64,000 nucleotides of DNA from Bacteroidota bacterium (GCA_023461035.1 JAEWOD010000037.1:1057-65056); one strand, 5' to 3'; positions 1-8,662 are shown, counted from the stretch's first letter. Notes: a model not told the origin generated them from the sequence alone. Translations and numbers: made by a program.

Positions 1-933
1 GAATTGGTTGATGTAAACATTCAGGAATTTTACGGTCCCAACAATGAAAACTTCAAAGCATTAAAATCTCATTTTCCGAAATTAAAAATCGTAGGCCGGG
101 GACGAAATATTTCAGCTGTCGGAAATGAAGAATTACTCCAGAAATTGGATGATAAAATTGCGCAAATCATCTCTCACATTCAGCATTTTAACCAGTTAAA
201 GGAAAAAGATGTAGAACAAATATTGGAACTCGATAATTCCACGCAAAATAATATGACCAACGCAAAAGAAGTATTGGTGCACGGGGTAAACGGAAAACTC
301 ATAAAAGCACATACACCGGGTCAAATCGAACTCGTAGATAAAGTTTTTAAAAACGATATGGTTTTTGCCATAGGCCCTGCCGGAACCGGAAAAACCTACA
401 CAAGTGTAGCTCTGGCAGTTCAAGCATTAAAAAACAAAGAAGTCAGAAGGATTATCCTGACTAGACCTGCCGTAGAAGCCGGTGAAAGTCTGGGATTTCT
501 TCCCGGTGATTTAAAAGAAAAATTGGATCCTTATTTACAACCTCTTTATGATGCGTTGAAAGATATGATTCATTTTGAAAAATTGAATTCGCATTATGAA
601 AAAGGTGTGATAGAAGTTGCGCCGCTTGCATTTATGCGCGGACGGACTTTGGACCAAGCTTTCGTTATTCTGGACGAAGCACAGAATACCACTCATTCGC
701 AGATGAAAATGTTCCTGACCCGAATGGGTAAAAATGCCAAATTTATCATCACAGGTGATCCCGACCAAGTCGATCTTCCTCCCAAACAAAAATCCGGATT
801 GAAAGAAGCGATGTCTATTTTAGATAATGTGGATGGAATCGGCATGGTAAAACTGACCGAAAAAGATGTGGTAAGACATAAATTGGTCGGAAAAATATTG
901 ACTGCCTACAAAAAATTGGAAAATCCGGAGTAA
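1..933 (+). CDS. phoH: PhoH family ATPase (5' end lies just upstream of the window)
   Basis: Walker A GPAGTGKT, RPAVEAGESLGFLPGD, ILDEAQN and VVRH motifs; the frame is open from base 1. Confidence 0.9.
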   Translation, partial: ELVDVNIQEFYGPNNENFKALKSHFPKLKIVGRGRNISAVGNEELLQKLDDKIAQIISHIQHFNQLKEKDVEQILELDNSTQNNMTNAKEVLVHGVNGKLIKAHTPGQIELVDKVFKNDMVFAIGPAGTGKTYTSVALAVQALKNKEVRRIILTRPAVEAGESLGFLPGDLKEKLDPYLQPLYDALKDMIHFEKLNSHYEKGVIEVAPLAFMRGRTLDQAFVILDEAQNTTHSQMKMFLTRMGKNAKFIITGDPDQVDLPPKQKSGLKEAMSILDNVDGIGMVKLTEKDVVRHKLVGKILTAYKKLENPE

Positions 934-1001
934 ATTTCAGTCTTAATATTTGGAATCAAAGTTCATTCTCAATACAAAAAATCTTCACAAGACTAAGATA
1001 A

Positions 1002-1169
1002 ATGAACACAAAAAAACTCCAGGAAGGTGATTTCTACAAAACTCCGGAAGGATATATTGTCTTTACAGAAAAATACCACCTTAGACGCGGTTACTGCTGC
1101 AAAAGCGGCTGCCGGCATTGTCCGTATGGTTACGATAAAAAGACAGATACGTTTAAAAATAAAAAATAA
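1002..1169 (+). CDS. Small Cys-rich protein, DUF5522-like (55 aa; absent from the ORF track)
   Basis: Manual translation MNTKKLQEGDFYKTPEGYIVFTEKYHLRRGYCCKSGCRHCPYGYDKKTDTFKNKK*; the HLxRGxCCxxGCRHCPYG motif is typical of DUF5522. Confidence 0.8.
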   Translation: MNTKKLQEGDFYKTPEGYIVFTEKYHLRRGYCCKSGCRHCPYGYDKKTDTFKNKK

Positions 1170-1195
1170 AAAAGCCGCTTTAAACTGCGGCTTTT
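1170..1195. terminator. Probable bidirectional intrinsic terminator
   Basis: aaaagccgc-tttaaact-gcggctttt hairpin between convergent genes. Confidence 0.75.
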
Positions 1196-1216
1196 ATGTA
1201 AATCTATATTCTCAGA

Positions 1217-1747
1217 TTAAATTTCCTGAACTACAAAATCCTGTGTAATGGACGCTTCAGACACTGTTCCGTCATCATAAGTCACATTATACTCAATGGT
1301 ATAATTGGCATTAGCATTATGGGTAATTTTAAAAGTGCCTTCTGCTCCTTCAGAAGATATTATTTGTTGACTTCCGTCAACAATTTCACTAATCATATAT
1401 ATAGAAGCTTCCGAATCAAAAACTCCGATATCATCCATAAAATCTCCTTCTTGATAAGTTCCGGAAATACCGTCGGATTCCATAAAGTTTATAAGGAAGC
1501 GTACTGTTCCGATCTTGTTTCCATTGTTGCCGGAAAGCGCGATTTGTGCACTCGAAGATCCGTCTTCGTTAAAACCACTTATGATTTGGATGACACCACC
1601 ATTGGGCTGAGCCTGTCCCATATCATATTCGACTCCGTCAATTTTAAATGTTGACGTTTGTTCCTGAGTCGAATCATCATCTGATGAACATGCAATAAAA
1701 GCACCCACCACAAAGAGCATCAGAAATACTCGCATTAAATTTTTCAT
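1217..1747 (-). CDS. Hypothetical surface lipoprotein
   Basis: Signal peptide II ending FIAC, followed by acidic SSDDD (Bacteroidota lipoprotein export signal-like); TACATTTG -7 element at 1771-1778. Confidence 0.75.
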   Translation of the reverse strand: MKNLMRVFLMLFVVGAFIACSSDDDSTQEQTSTFKIDGVEYDMGQAQPNGGVIQIISGFNEDGSSSAQIALSGNNGNKIGTVRFLINFMESDGISGTYQEGDFMDDIGVFDSEASIYMISEIVDGSQQIISSEGAEGTFKITHNANANYTIEYNVTYDDGTVSEASITQDFVVQEI

Positions 1748-1790
1748 TGATTTTTAATTTTTTTAGGGTGCAAATGTAAGAAAATCAAAT

Positions 1791-1816
1791 AAAAAAACCC
1801 CGGCATTTCTGCCGGG
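1791..1816 (-). terminator. Intrinsic terminator
   Basis: Minus strand cccggca-GAAA-tgccggg followed by g and a T7 run. Confidence 0.85.
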
Positions 1817-1880
1817 ACCCTCTCTACTAAAACTTAAGTACCATGAAAACTCAACTACCTTATGAAAAGAATAGTACTTA
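1791..1880 (-). ncRNA. Candidate sigma-54-dependent small RNA (~90 nt)
   Basis: Lies between a -24/-12 motif (1891-1908) and a strong terminator (1791-1816); 5' stem formed by 1874-1881 and 1834-1841; two UUUUCAU motifs. Confidence 0.5.
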
Positions 1881-1890
1881 ACTCTTTATT

Positions 1891-1908
1891 TCCAAATACC
1901 GTGCCAAA
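1891..1908 (-). promoter_or_regulatory. Sigma-54-type promoter (-24/-12)
   Basis: Minus strand TTTGGCACGGTATTTGGA: exact TGGCACG, correct spacing, TTGG in place of TTGC at -12. Confidence 0.6.
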
Positions 1909-1911
1909 AAT

Positions 1912-3708
1912 TTAAAAAGCGTATTTATTTTCTTTAATTAAATATTCAGCTGCTTCTGTTTTAAGTTTTACGACATTTGGAAATTCATTATATCGTGTAA
2001 ATCTTCTTAAACCTGATAACATCATACGCTGCTCATCGCCCTCTGTAAAAGAAACAATTCCTGCAGTCGCATTCTTTTTGATGACCTCAACGGAATCAAA
2101 CAACTGCAATTTAGCAAATTTTATTGAAATTGCCGCATCTGCTTCCGATTTTGTTTTGGAAATCTTTTCTGCTCGCAAGATAGCACTTTCGGCTATATAA
2201 ATTTCAATTAAAATAGCCGAAGCTCGTAAAATTAATTGTTGATGTTTTTCCAAATCGGCACCAAACTTTTGCAAAGCCGCTCCGGCAACCATAAAGAATG
2301 CTTTTTTCAGATTTGTTAAAATTTCTTTTTCCTGAGCAAAAAGTTCAGAATAATCCGGAATGTCAAACGATGGGATGCTCATCAATTCATTTGCTACATT
2401 CATCGCAGGTGTCATTAAATCAATTCTCCCTTGAAAAGCACGTTTCACTAACATACTCACACAAAGCAAACTATTGATTTCATTGGTTCCTTCATAAATT
2501 CTGGAAATCCGTGCATCACGCCAAGCAGCTTCCATTGGCATTTCTTTTGAATATCCCATTCCGCCATAAACCTGAATTCCTTTATCGGCAGAAATTTGTG
2601 CCATATCAGAAATCCAAACCTTCAGAATCGATGCTTCAATGGCATATTCTTCAATTCCTTTCAGTTCAGCTTCGTTGTGAGGCATTCCGCTTTCGATATT
2701 TTCTGTAATGGCATCTTCGATGTTTTTTGCTGCCCGATAAGCTCCGGCTTCTGATGCAAAAGTTGCAACCGCCATATCGGCCAGCTTTTCCTGAATCGCC
2801 CCAAATGTATTGATCGACACTCCGAACTGTTTTCTTTCTCCGGCATAATTAATCGCATTAGAAACAATTCTTCTTTGTGCATCCAAACAAGCCGCTCCCA
2901 ATTTGATTCGACCTACATTCAATGCATTCATTGCGATTTTAAATCCGCCGTTTCGTTCGCCCAGCATATTTTCAACCGGAACTTGTACATCATTGAAAAA
3001 CACTTGTCGTGTTGAGGACGAAACAATTCCCAATTTATCTTCTTCTTCACCCAATGAAAAACCTTCCCCTGCCTGTGATTTCTCCAAAATTAAAGCAGTA
3101 ATGTTTTTGTCGTCTTCAATTCGGGCAAAAACGATGAACAATTCTGCGAAACCGGCATTGGTAATCCACATTTTTTGTCCGGTAATTTTATAATGCGTTC
3201 CATCTTCCGACAAAACGGCTTTCGTTTTTCCGGAATTCGCATCAGAACCCGCTTCCGGTTCGGTTAAACAATAAGAAGCAAACCATTCGCCCGTTGCTAA
3301 TTTTGGTAAATATTTTTTCTTTTGTTCTTCCGTTCCATACAGTGTAATCGGCATGGTTCCAATTCCGGTATGCGCTCCATAAGCTGTTGCTAACGACCCT
3401 GTTGCTCCGGAAATATAATCACAAACCAGCATCGTTGTGACGAATCCCATTCCCAATCCACCATATTCTTCCGGAACAGAAATCCCCAAAAATCCAAGTT
3501 CACCCAATTTACGCATCAAATCTTCAATCAAAGCATAATCTTTTTTCTCAATCTGATGTTTCTTTGGCCAGACTTCTCTGTCGATGAATTCTTTGGCTGA
3601 TTCCAACATCATGCGTTGTTCTTCGCTGAAATCTTCCGGCGTAAATATATCTTCCCAATTCAGGTCTTTTATCAGGAATTCTCCTCCTTTTAGTCTATTT
3701 TTTTTCAT
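1912..3708 (-). CDS. Acyl-CoA dehydrogenase (long form, 598 aa)
   Basis: YCLTEPEAGSDA, GQKMWITNA, RKQFG, GGMGY and RISRIYEGTNEI motifs. Confidence 0.95.
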   Translation of the reverse strand: MKKNRLKGGEFLIKDLNWEDIFTPEDFSEEQRMMLESAKEFIDREVWPKKHQIEKKDYALIEDLMRKLGELGFLGISVPEEYGGLGMGFVTTMLVCDYISGATGSLATAYGAHTGIGTMPITLYGTEEQKKKYLPKLATGEWFASYCLTEPEAGSDANSGKTKAVLSEDGTHYKITGQKMWITNAGFAELFIVFARIEDDKNITALILEKSQAGEGFSLGEEEDKLGIVSSSTRQVFFNDVQVPVENMLGERNGGFKIAMNALNVGRIKLGAACLDAQRRIVSNAINYAGERKQFGVSINTFGAIQEKLADMAVATFASEAGAYRAAKNIEDAITENIESGMPHNEAELKGIEEYAIEASILKVWISDMAQISADKGIQVYGGMGYSKEMPMEAAWRDARISRIYEGTNEINSLLCVSMLVKRAFQGRIDLMTPAMNVANELMSIPSFDIPDYSELFAQEKEILTNLKKAFFMVAGAALQKFGADLEKHQQLILRASAILIEIYIAESAILRAEKISKTKSEADAAISIKFAKLQLFDSVEVIKKNATAGIVSFTEGDEQRMMLSGLRRFTRYNEFPNVVKLKTEAAEYLIKENKYAF

Positions 3709-3722
3709 ATGTATTTGAATAT

Positions 3723-3754
3723 TAGAGAAAAGAAAATAGAATATAGAAAATAGA
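3723..3754. repeat. Heptamer tandem array (TAGAAAA consensus)
   Basis: tagagaa aagaaaa tagaata tagaaaa taga; abuts the stop codon of the four-helix-bundle gene. Confidence 0.8.
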
Positions 3755-4117
3755 CTATTCCAGTCCGTTTTGAAATGACATTGTCATTTTCTGAAATTCT
3801 TCTATTTTATTTTCTAATTTATTATAAGTATTTTGATTTATATAATTTCTATGGTTTGCAATTATTAATTGAGTTATAAGTTCAAAAGAAGAACCTAATG
3901 AAACATCTAAAAAATGACTAAAAGATTTATTAGTCCGTGCAGAGCCTTCGGCAATATTGGATGGAATCGAAACGGAGCAACGACTTATTTGAGAACTCAA
4001 ATCATACTTTTCATGAATTGGAAAATCAATTAATATATCTGATATTTGATTTGCTATTTCAATTCCCATTTGCTAAATCTTCATATTTTTATAATTATGC
4101 CTTTTTTTAGAGTCCAT
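3755..4117 (-). pseudogene. Four-helix-bundle (23S IVS-protein/Avd-like, TIGR02436-type) gene with an in-frame TAG at codon 15
   Basis: Reads MDSKKRHNYKNMKI*QMGIEIA...EKYDLSSQISRCSVSIPSNIAEGSAR...LGSSFELITQL; the paralog at 5376-5738 has KIWQ at this position. Confidence 0.8.
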
Positions 4118-4144
4118 TTTCTATCCTCTTTTTTCTATTTTCTA
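4117..4144. repeat. Heptamer tandem array (TTTTCTA), inverted partner of 3723-3754
   Basis: ttttcta tcctctt ttttcta ttttcta fills the gap between the thiolase stop and the four-helix-bundle ATG. Confidence 0.8.
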
Positions 4145-5323
4145 TTACAAAATCTCAAACACGCTCGCCGCTCCCTGACCGGTTCCAACGCACATGGTTA
4201 CCATCCCATATTTTTTATTCTGAAGTTTCATTTCATTAAATAATTGGACAGTCAATTTCGTCCCTGTACATCCCAGCGGATGCCCCAAAGCGATGGCTCC
4301 TCCGTTTACATTAACAATATCTGGATTCAGATCCAATCCTCGAACAACTGCCAATGATTGTGAAGCAAAAGCTTCGTTCAATTCGATCATTTCTATATCG
4401 GATTGTTTCAATCCTGCTTGTTCCAATGCTTTCGGAATGGCATAAAGCGGCCCGATTCCCATAATTCTCGGCGGAACTCCCACTGCCGAATAAGACATCA
4501 AACGTGCAACCGGACTCAAATTCAATTCTTTGACCATTTCTTCTGACATTATCAGAACAAAAGAAGCTCCATCTGACATTTGGGATGAATTTCCCGCTGT
4601 CACGGAACCTCCGTTTGCAAAAACTGGTTTTAATTTGCTCAAAACTTCCACCGAAGTATCGGCTCTTGGCCCTTCGTCTTGTTTGAACGTTATTTTTTTT
4701 GTTTGGATTTTTTCTTTATCATCCAATGTATTTATCTCTACATCAATAGGAACAATTTGACTATCAAATCTACCTTCTTCAATTGCTTTGATCGCCTTCT
4801 GATGGGAATTGAAAGCAAATAAATCCTGGTCTTCACGGGAAACTTTGAATTCGTTGGCAACGGCTTCTGCCGTCAATCCCATTCCCCAATAATAATCAGC
4901 ATTATGCTTAGCCACATCAGTATCGGGAATCGGTTTGTATCCGCCCATCGGGATATACGACATGCTTTCCGCTCCTCCGGCGATGATGCAATCAGCCATT
5001 CCGGTTCGGATTTTTGCTACCGCCATTGCAATGGTTTCCGAACCCGAAGCGCAATATCGGTTTACTGTTACGCCGGGGACTTTGTCGGTGTTTAATCCCA
5101 TCAAAGAAATCAAACGAGCCATGTTCAAACCTTGTTCAGCTTCGGGCATCGCACATCCCACAATGACATCGTCGATTCGGTCTTTATCCAAATTGGGTAC
5201 ATCAAGCATCATTCTTTCGATGACTCTCGCCGCCAATTCATCCGGTCTTGTAAACCTAAGCGTTCCGCGTGGAGCTTTCCCAACTGCGGTTCTGTATCCT
5301 GTTACTATATATGTGTCTTTCAT
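4145..5323 (-). CDS. Acetyl-CoA C-acyltransferase (thiolase)
   Basis: NRYCASG, NEAFA, GGAIALGHPLGCTG and MCVGTGQG motifs. Confidence 0.95.
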   Translation of the reverse strand: MKDTYIVTGYRTAVGKAPRGTLRFTRPDELAARVIERMMLDVPNLDKDRIDDVIVGCAMPEAEQGLNMARLISLMGLNTDKVPGVTVNRYCASGSETIAMAVAKIRTGMADCIIAGGAESMSYIPMGGYKPIPDTDVAKHNADYYWGMGLTAEAVANEFKVSREDQDLFAFNSHQKAIKAIEEGRFDSQIVPIDVEINTLDDKEKIQTKKITFKQDEGPRADTSVEVLSKLKPVFANGGSVTAGNSSQMSDGASFVLIMSEEMVKELNLSPVARLMSYSAVGVPPRIMGIGPLYAIPKALEQAGLKQSDIEMIELNEAFASQSLAVVRGLDLNPDIVNVNGGAIALGHPLGCTGTKLTVQLFNEMKLQNKKYGMVTMCVGTGQGAASVFEIL

Positions 5324-5330
5324 TTTTTAG

Positions 5331-5358
5331 AGTATTAAGATTAGAGTATTAAGTATTA
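5331..5358. repeat. Heptamer tandem array (AGTATTA)
   Basis: agtatta agattag agtatta agtatta. Confidence 0.8.
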
Positions 5359-5375
5359 TGACTTTTACTCCAAAT

Positions 5376-5738
5376 TCATTCATAATTATTCTTTAATGTC
5401 TTCTGAAAAGAGAAATTCATATTTGAAACCTCTACTAGTTGATTTATTACAGGTTGTAAAATTTTTTCACTGATTAGTTTTAATCTTTTAGCAAGTATTA
5501 GTTGTGTTATTAATTCAAATGTTGAGCCGTTTGCAATTCCTAAAAACTGAACAAATTCTTTATTTGAATTCCGACCCGAACCTTCCGCTATATTGGAAGG
5601 GATAGATACTGCACACTTTTTTATCTGATGAATCAGATTAAACTTTTCATCTTGCGGCAAAAGCAAAGAAATTTCATAAACCTCAACAGCTATATCCATA
5701 GCCTTTTGCCATATTTTTAATTTTTCAAAATTGTGCAT
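5376..5738 (-). CDS. Four-helix-bundle protein (23S IVS-protein/Avd-like)
   Basis: FEKLKIWQKAM, EKFNLIHQIKKCAVSIPSNIAEGSGR and FLGIANGSTFELITQL motifs. Confidence 0.9.
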   Translation of the reverse strand: MHNFEKLKIWQKAMDIAVEVYEISLLLPQDEKFNLIHQIKKCAVSIPSNIAEGSGRNSNKEFVQFLGIANGSTFELITQLILAKRLKLISEKILQPVINQLVEVSNMNFSFQKTLKNNYE

Positions 5739-5750
5739 ATTCCAACATCT

Positions 5751-5778
5751 TAATACTTAATACTTTTGTCTTAATACT
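5751..5778. repeat. Heptamer tandem array (TAATACT), inverted partner of 5331-5358
   Basis: taatact taatact tttgtct taatact. Confidence 0.8.
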
Positions 5779-8131
5779 AATTCCTCAGTGGTTTTCCCGT
5801 TTTCAACATGTGTTGAATTCGTTCCAATGTCTTACGTTCTCCACAAAGCGATAAAAATGCTTCTCTTTCCAAATCCAACAAATATTGTTGGGAAACTTCT
5901 GTCGCTTCTGACAAATTACCTCCGGTCATTACATAACCTAATTTATTGGCAATCAATCTATCGTGATCAGAAATATATTTTCCGGCTACCATTTGATCAG
6001 AACCAACATAGAACATCCCCATTGCTTCTTTTCCTAAAACTTTTACTTTCTCAGGAACAGGTTGCGTATAACCTGCTTCCGCCTTGATAATCGCATGCTT
6101 TTTGGCTTCTGCAATCTGACGATCTTTGTTTACGACTATGATATCTTCGCTTCGGATGAATCCTAAATTTTTAGCTTCATAGGCAGAAGTAGCTACTTTT
6201 GCCATAGCAATATTCAGATAAGCTTCTCGCAAATGATTGGTTTTTACATCATCATTCATCAAATGTAAAGAAGCCCGACGTGTCATCTCTTTGGTTCCGC
6301 CACCGCCGGGAATCACCCCTACTCCAACTTCTACCAATCCCATATAAGTCTCAGCTGCAGCCACGATTTTATCGGCATGAAGCGAAATTTCACATCCGCC
6401 TCCCAAAGCCATTCCATGTGGTGCTACTATTACCGGAATAGCACTGTAACGAACTTTCATCATGGTATCTTGGAAAGTTTTAATCGCCATATTTAAATCC
6501 CACCAATCCTGCTCTGCGGCCATCATCATAATCATCGCCAAATTGGCTCCAACCGAAAAGTTATCGGCTTGGTTACCGATGACCAATCCTCGGTAATCTT
6601 TTTCTGCCAAATCAATGGCTTTGTTGATTCCGGTAATCACGCCACCGCCGATGGAATTCATTTTTGATCTAAATTCCAAATTGATAATTCCATCTCCTAA
6701 ATCCTGAATACTCGCTTCAGGATTGCTCCAAACTTCTGATGTTTTACGGATGTTATCCAAAATGATAAAAGCATCTTGTCCCGGAATCAATTGATATTCT
6801 TTGGAAGTGATATCATAGAAATATTTCTTTCCGTCTTTAATCTGATAGAAACTTTCCTTACCGGATTCCACCATTTCTTTTACCCAAAGAGAGGCTTCAT
6901 ATTTCTCCGATTCCACTAATTTTAATCCTTCTTTCAATCCAATTAAATCCCAGGTTTCAAACGGTCCGTATTTCCAGGCATAACCGGTTTTCATCGCATC
7001 ATCGATACGATAAAGAGTATCGGAAATTTCGGGTACTTTCCGGGAAACGTAAGCAAATAAACTCGCAAAATGTTTCCGTAGCAATTCACCGTGTTTGGAA
7101 TTGTCTTTTAAAATTAAACCCAATTTATTTCGGGTGCTTCCCGCCTGTTTGGCCATTTCCAAAACCGGAATGTTAGCTCTCTCCAATGGCCGATATTCCA
7201 ATGTATTTAAATCCAATGCAAAACGGTTGGTGTTTCCTTCTTTGTCAATTTCTTTATAATAAAATCCTTTTTTGGTTTTATCACCCAGAAATTTATTTTC
7301 CAAAAGGAAATCCATCACTTTGGATGGTTTCAAATCCTGAATCAATTGATCATCAGGACAATTTTCCTGCAAACCTTTGGTTACATTGGCCGCAGTATCC
7401 AATCCGACCAAGTCCGCCAGTTTGAAAGTTCCGGTTTTCGGACGACCTAAAACAGACCCGGTCATGGTATCGGCTTCTTCAATGGTCAAACCTATTTCCT
7501 GTGCGAGTTCCATCACTTTTGCCATGGAATAAACCCCAACTCTATTTCCGATGAATCCCGGCGTATCCTTACAAAGCACAGCTGTCTTACCTAAAAATTT
7601 CTCTGCAAAATTTTCAAAAAATGAAATCACGGAAACATCGGTTTTCGGACCCGGAATGATTTCAAATAATTTTAAATACCTCGGCGGATTGAAAAAGTGC
7701 GTTCCACAGAAATGTTTTTGGAAATCTTCCGAACGTCCTTCCGACATCAGATGAATCGGAATTCCGGAAGTATTGGACGTAATCAAAGTTCCTTCTTTTC
7801 GGAATTGATCCACTTTTTCAAACATGGATTTTTTGATGTCCAAACGTTCGATGATGACTTCAATCACCCAATCGGAATTTTTAATTTTTTCTAAATCGTC
7901 GTCAAAATTCCCGACTTCAATTCGCGAAGCAAATTTTTTATCATAAATGGGAGACGGATTCGACTTCAAAGCATTGTTCAAATGCTCTCTTGCTATTTTA
8001 TTACGATCCGAACCTTCTGTCGGCATATCAAGCAACAAGACTTGAACACCGATTCCGGCAAGATGACAGGCAATTCCTGATCCCATCACTCCGGAACCCA
8101 AAACGGTTACCTTTCTTATGTGCCTATTCAT
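5777..8131 (-). CDS. 3-hydroxyacyl-CoA dehydrogenase/enoyl-CoA hydratase fusion (FadN-like)
   Basis: Rossmann GSGVMG, SNTSG, HFFNPPRY; C-terminal crotonase motifs FSVGANL and ALGGGCE; ends TGKPLRN. Confidence 0.93.
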   Translation of the reverse strand: MNRHIRKVTVLGSGVMGSGIACHLAGIGVQVLLLDMPTEGSDRNKIAREHLNNALKSNPSPIYDKKFASRIEVGNFDDDLEKIKNSDWVIEVIIERLDIKKSMFEKVDQFRKEGTLITSNTSGIPIHLMSEGRSEDFQKHFCGTHFFNPPRYLKLFEIIPGPKTDVSVISFFENFAEKFLGKTAVLCKDTPGFIGNRVGVYSMAKVMELAQEIGLTIEEADTMTGSVLGRPKTGTFKLADLVGLDTAANVTKGLQENCPDDQLIQDLKPSKVMDFLLENKFLGDKTKKGFYYKEIDKEGNTNRFALDLNTLEYRPLERANIPVLEMAKQAGSTRNKLGLILKDNSKHGELLRKHFASLFAYVSRKVPEISDTLYRIDDAMKTGYAWKYGPFETWDLIGLKEGLKLVESEKYEASLWVKEMVESGKESFYQIKDGKKYFYDITSKEYQLIPGQDAFIILDNIRKTSEVWSNPEASIQDLGDGIINLEFRSKMNSIGGGVITGINKAIDLAEKDYRGLVIGNQADNFSVGANLAMIMMMAAEQDWWDLNMAIKTFQDTMMKVRYSAIPVIVAPHGMALGGGCEISLHADKIVAAAETYMGLVEVGVGVIPGGGGTKEMTRRASLHLMNDDVKTNHLREAYLNIAMAKVATSAYEAKNLGFIRSEDIIVVNKDRQIAEAKKHAIIKAEAGYTQPVPEKVKVLGKEAMGMFYVGSDQMVAGKYISDHDRLIANKLGYVMTGGNLSEATEVSQQYLLDLEREAFLSLCGERKTLERIQHMLKTGKPLRN

Positions 8132-8139
8132 TTTTTGTT

Positions 8140-8604
8140 CTATTTTAATGATACTTCTTTCTTTTTATCAAATGTTCTTTTATCTGAAGCGATGGCATTT
8201 ATTTTTTGCAAAACGTTAAAAAAAACATTCATTTCTTCCTGCGAAATTTTTTGTTGAATAACTTCGTAAAACTTCAAAACAACTTCTTTTGATACATTTC
8301 GCATTTGCAATCCTTCATCTGTCAATATTATCAAAACACTTCTTCCGTCTTCCGGATTAGGTTTCCTGATGATCAATCCTCTTTCTTCCAAATTTTTTAA
8401 AGTACGGGATAAACTGGTTGGCTCAATTCCCATCTTCGGCCCCAAAGAGGTACTCGGTGTTCCTGATTTCGGGTCGATTGACAACAATGTAAAACCCATA
8501 ACCATGGTCGAATTAAATTTGGAAGCTTGCTCATTGTACATCTTCTGAACCGTCAACCAAGTGGAACGTAGATATTGGTCAATCGTTAAATCATTATTAC
8601 TCAT
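8140..8604 (-). CDS. MarR family transcriptional regulator
   Basis: wHTH TSLSRTLKNLEERGLI and DGRSVLIILTDEG. Confidence 0.9.
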   Translation of the reverse strand: MSNNDLTIDQYLRSTWLTVQKMYNEQASKFNSTMVMGFTLLSIDPKSGTPSTSLGPKMGIEPTSLSRTLKNLEERGLIIRKPNPEDGRSVLIILTDEGLQMRNVSKEVVLKFYEVIQQKISQEEMNVFFNVLQKINAIASDKRTFDKKKEVSLK

Positions 8605-8624
8605 ACTTTTTGATTAGAGTCTCA

Positions 8625-8632
8625 CAAATATA
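8625..8632 (-). promoter_or_regulatory. Bacteroidota sigma-A -7 element for the marR-fad operon
   Basis: TATATTTG matches TAnnTTTG, 20 nt upstream of the ATG. Confidence 0.7.
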
Positions 8633-8638
8633 ATAAAT

Positions 8639-8662
8639 TTTTATTATGCGTGCATAATAAAA
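8639..8662. promoter_or_regulatory. Palindromic operator, probably bound by MarR
   Basis: ttttattatgc-gt-gcataataaaa: perfect 11-bp arms within the marR promoter. Confidence 0.7.

Noticed and set aside
1843..1881. 12-codon plus-strand ORF MKTQLPYEKNST
   Set aside because: Very short and antisense to the promoter-terminator unit; its ATGAAAA is simply the complement of the repeated motif
3755..5738. Avd-like genes as part of a diversity-generating retroelement
   Set aside because: No reverse transcriptase and no template/variable repeat pair were seen in the window
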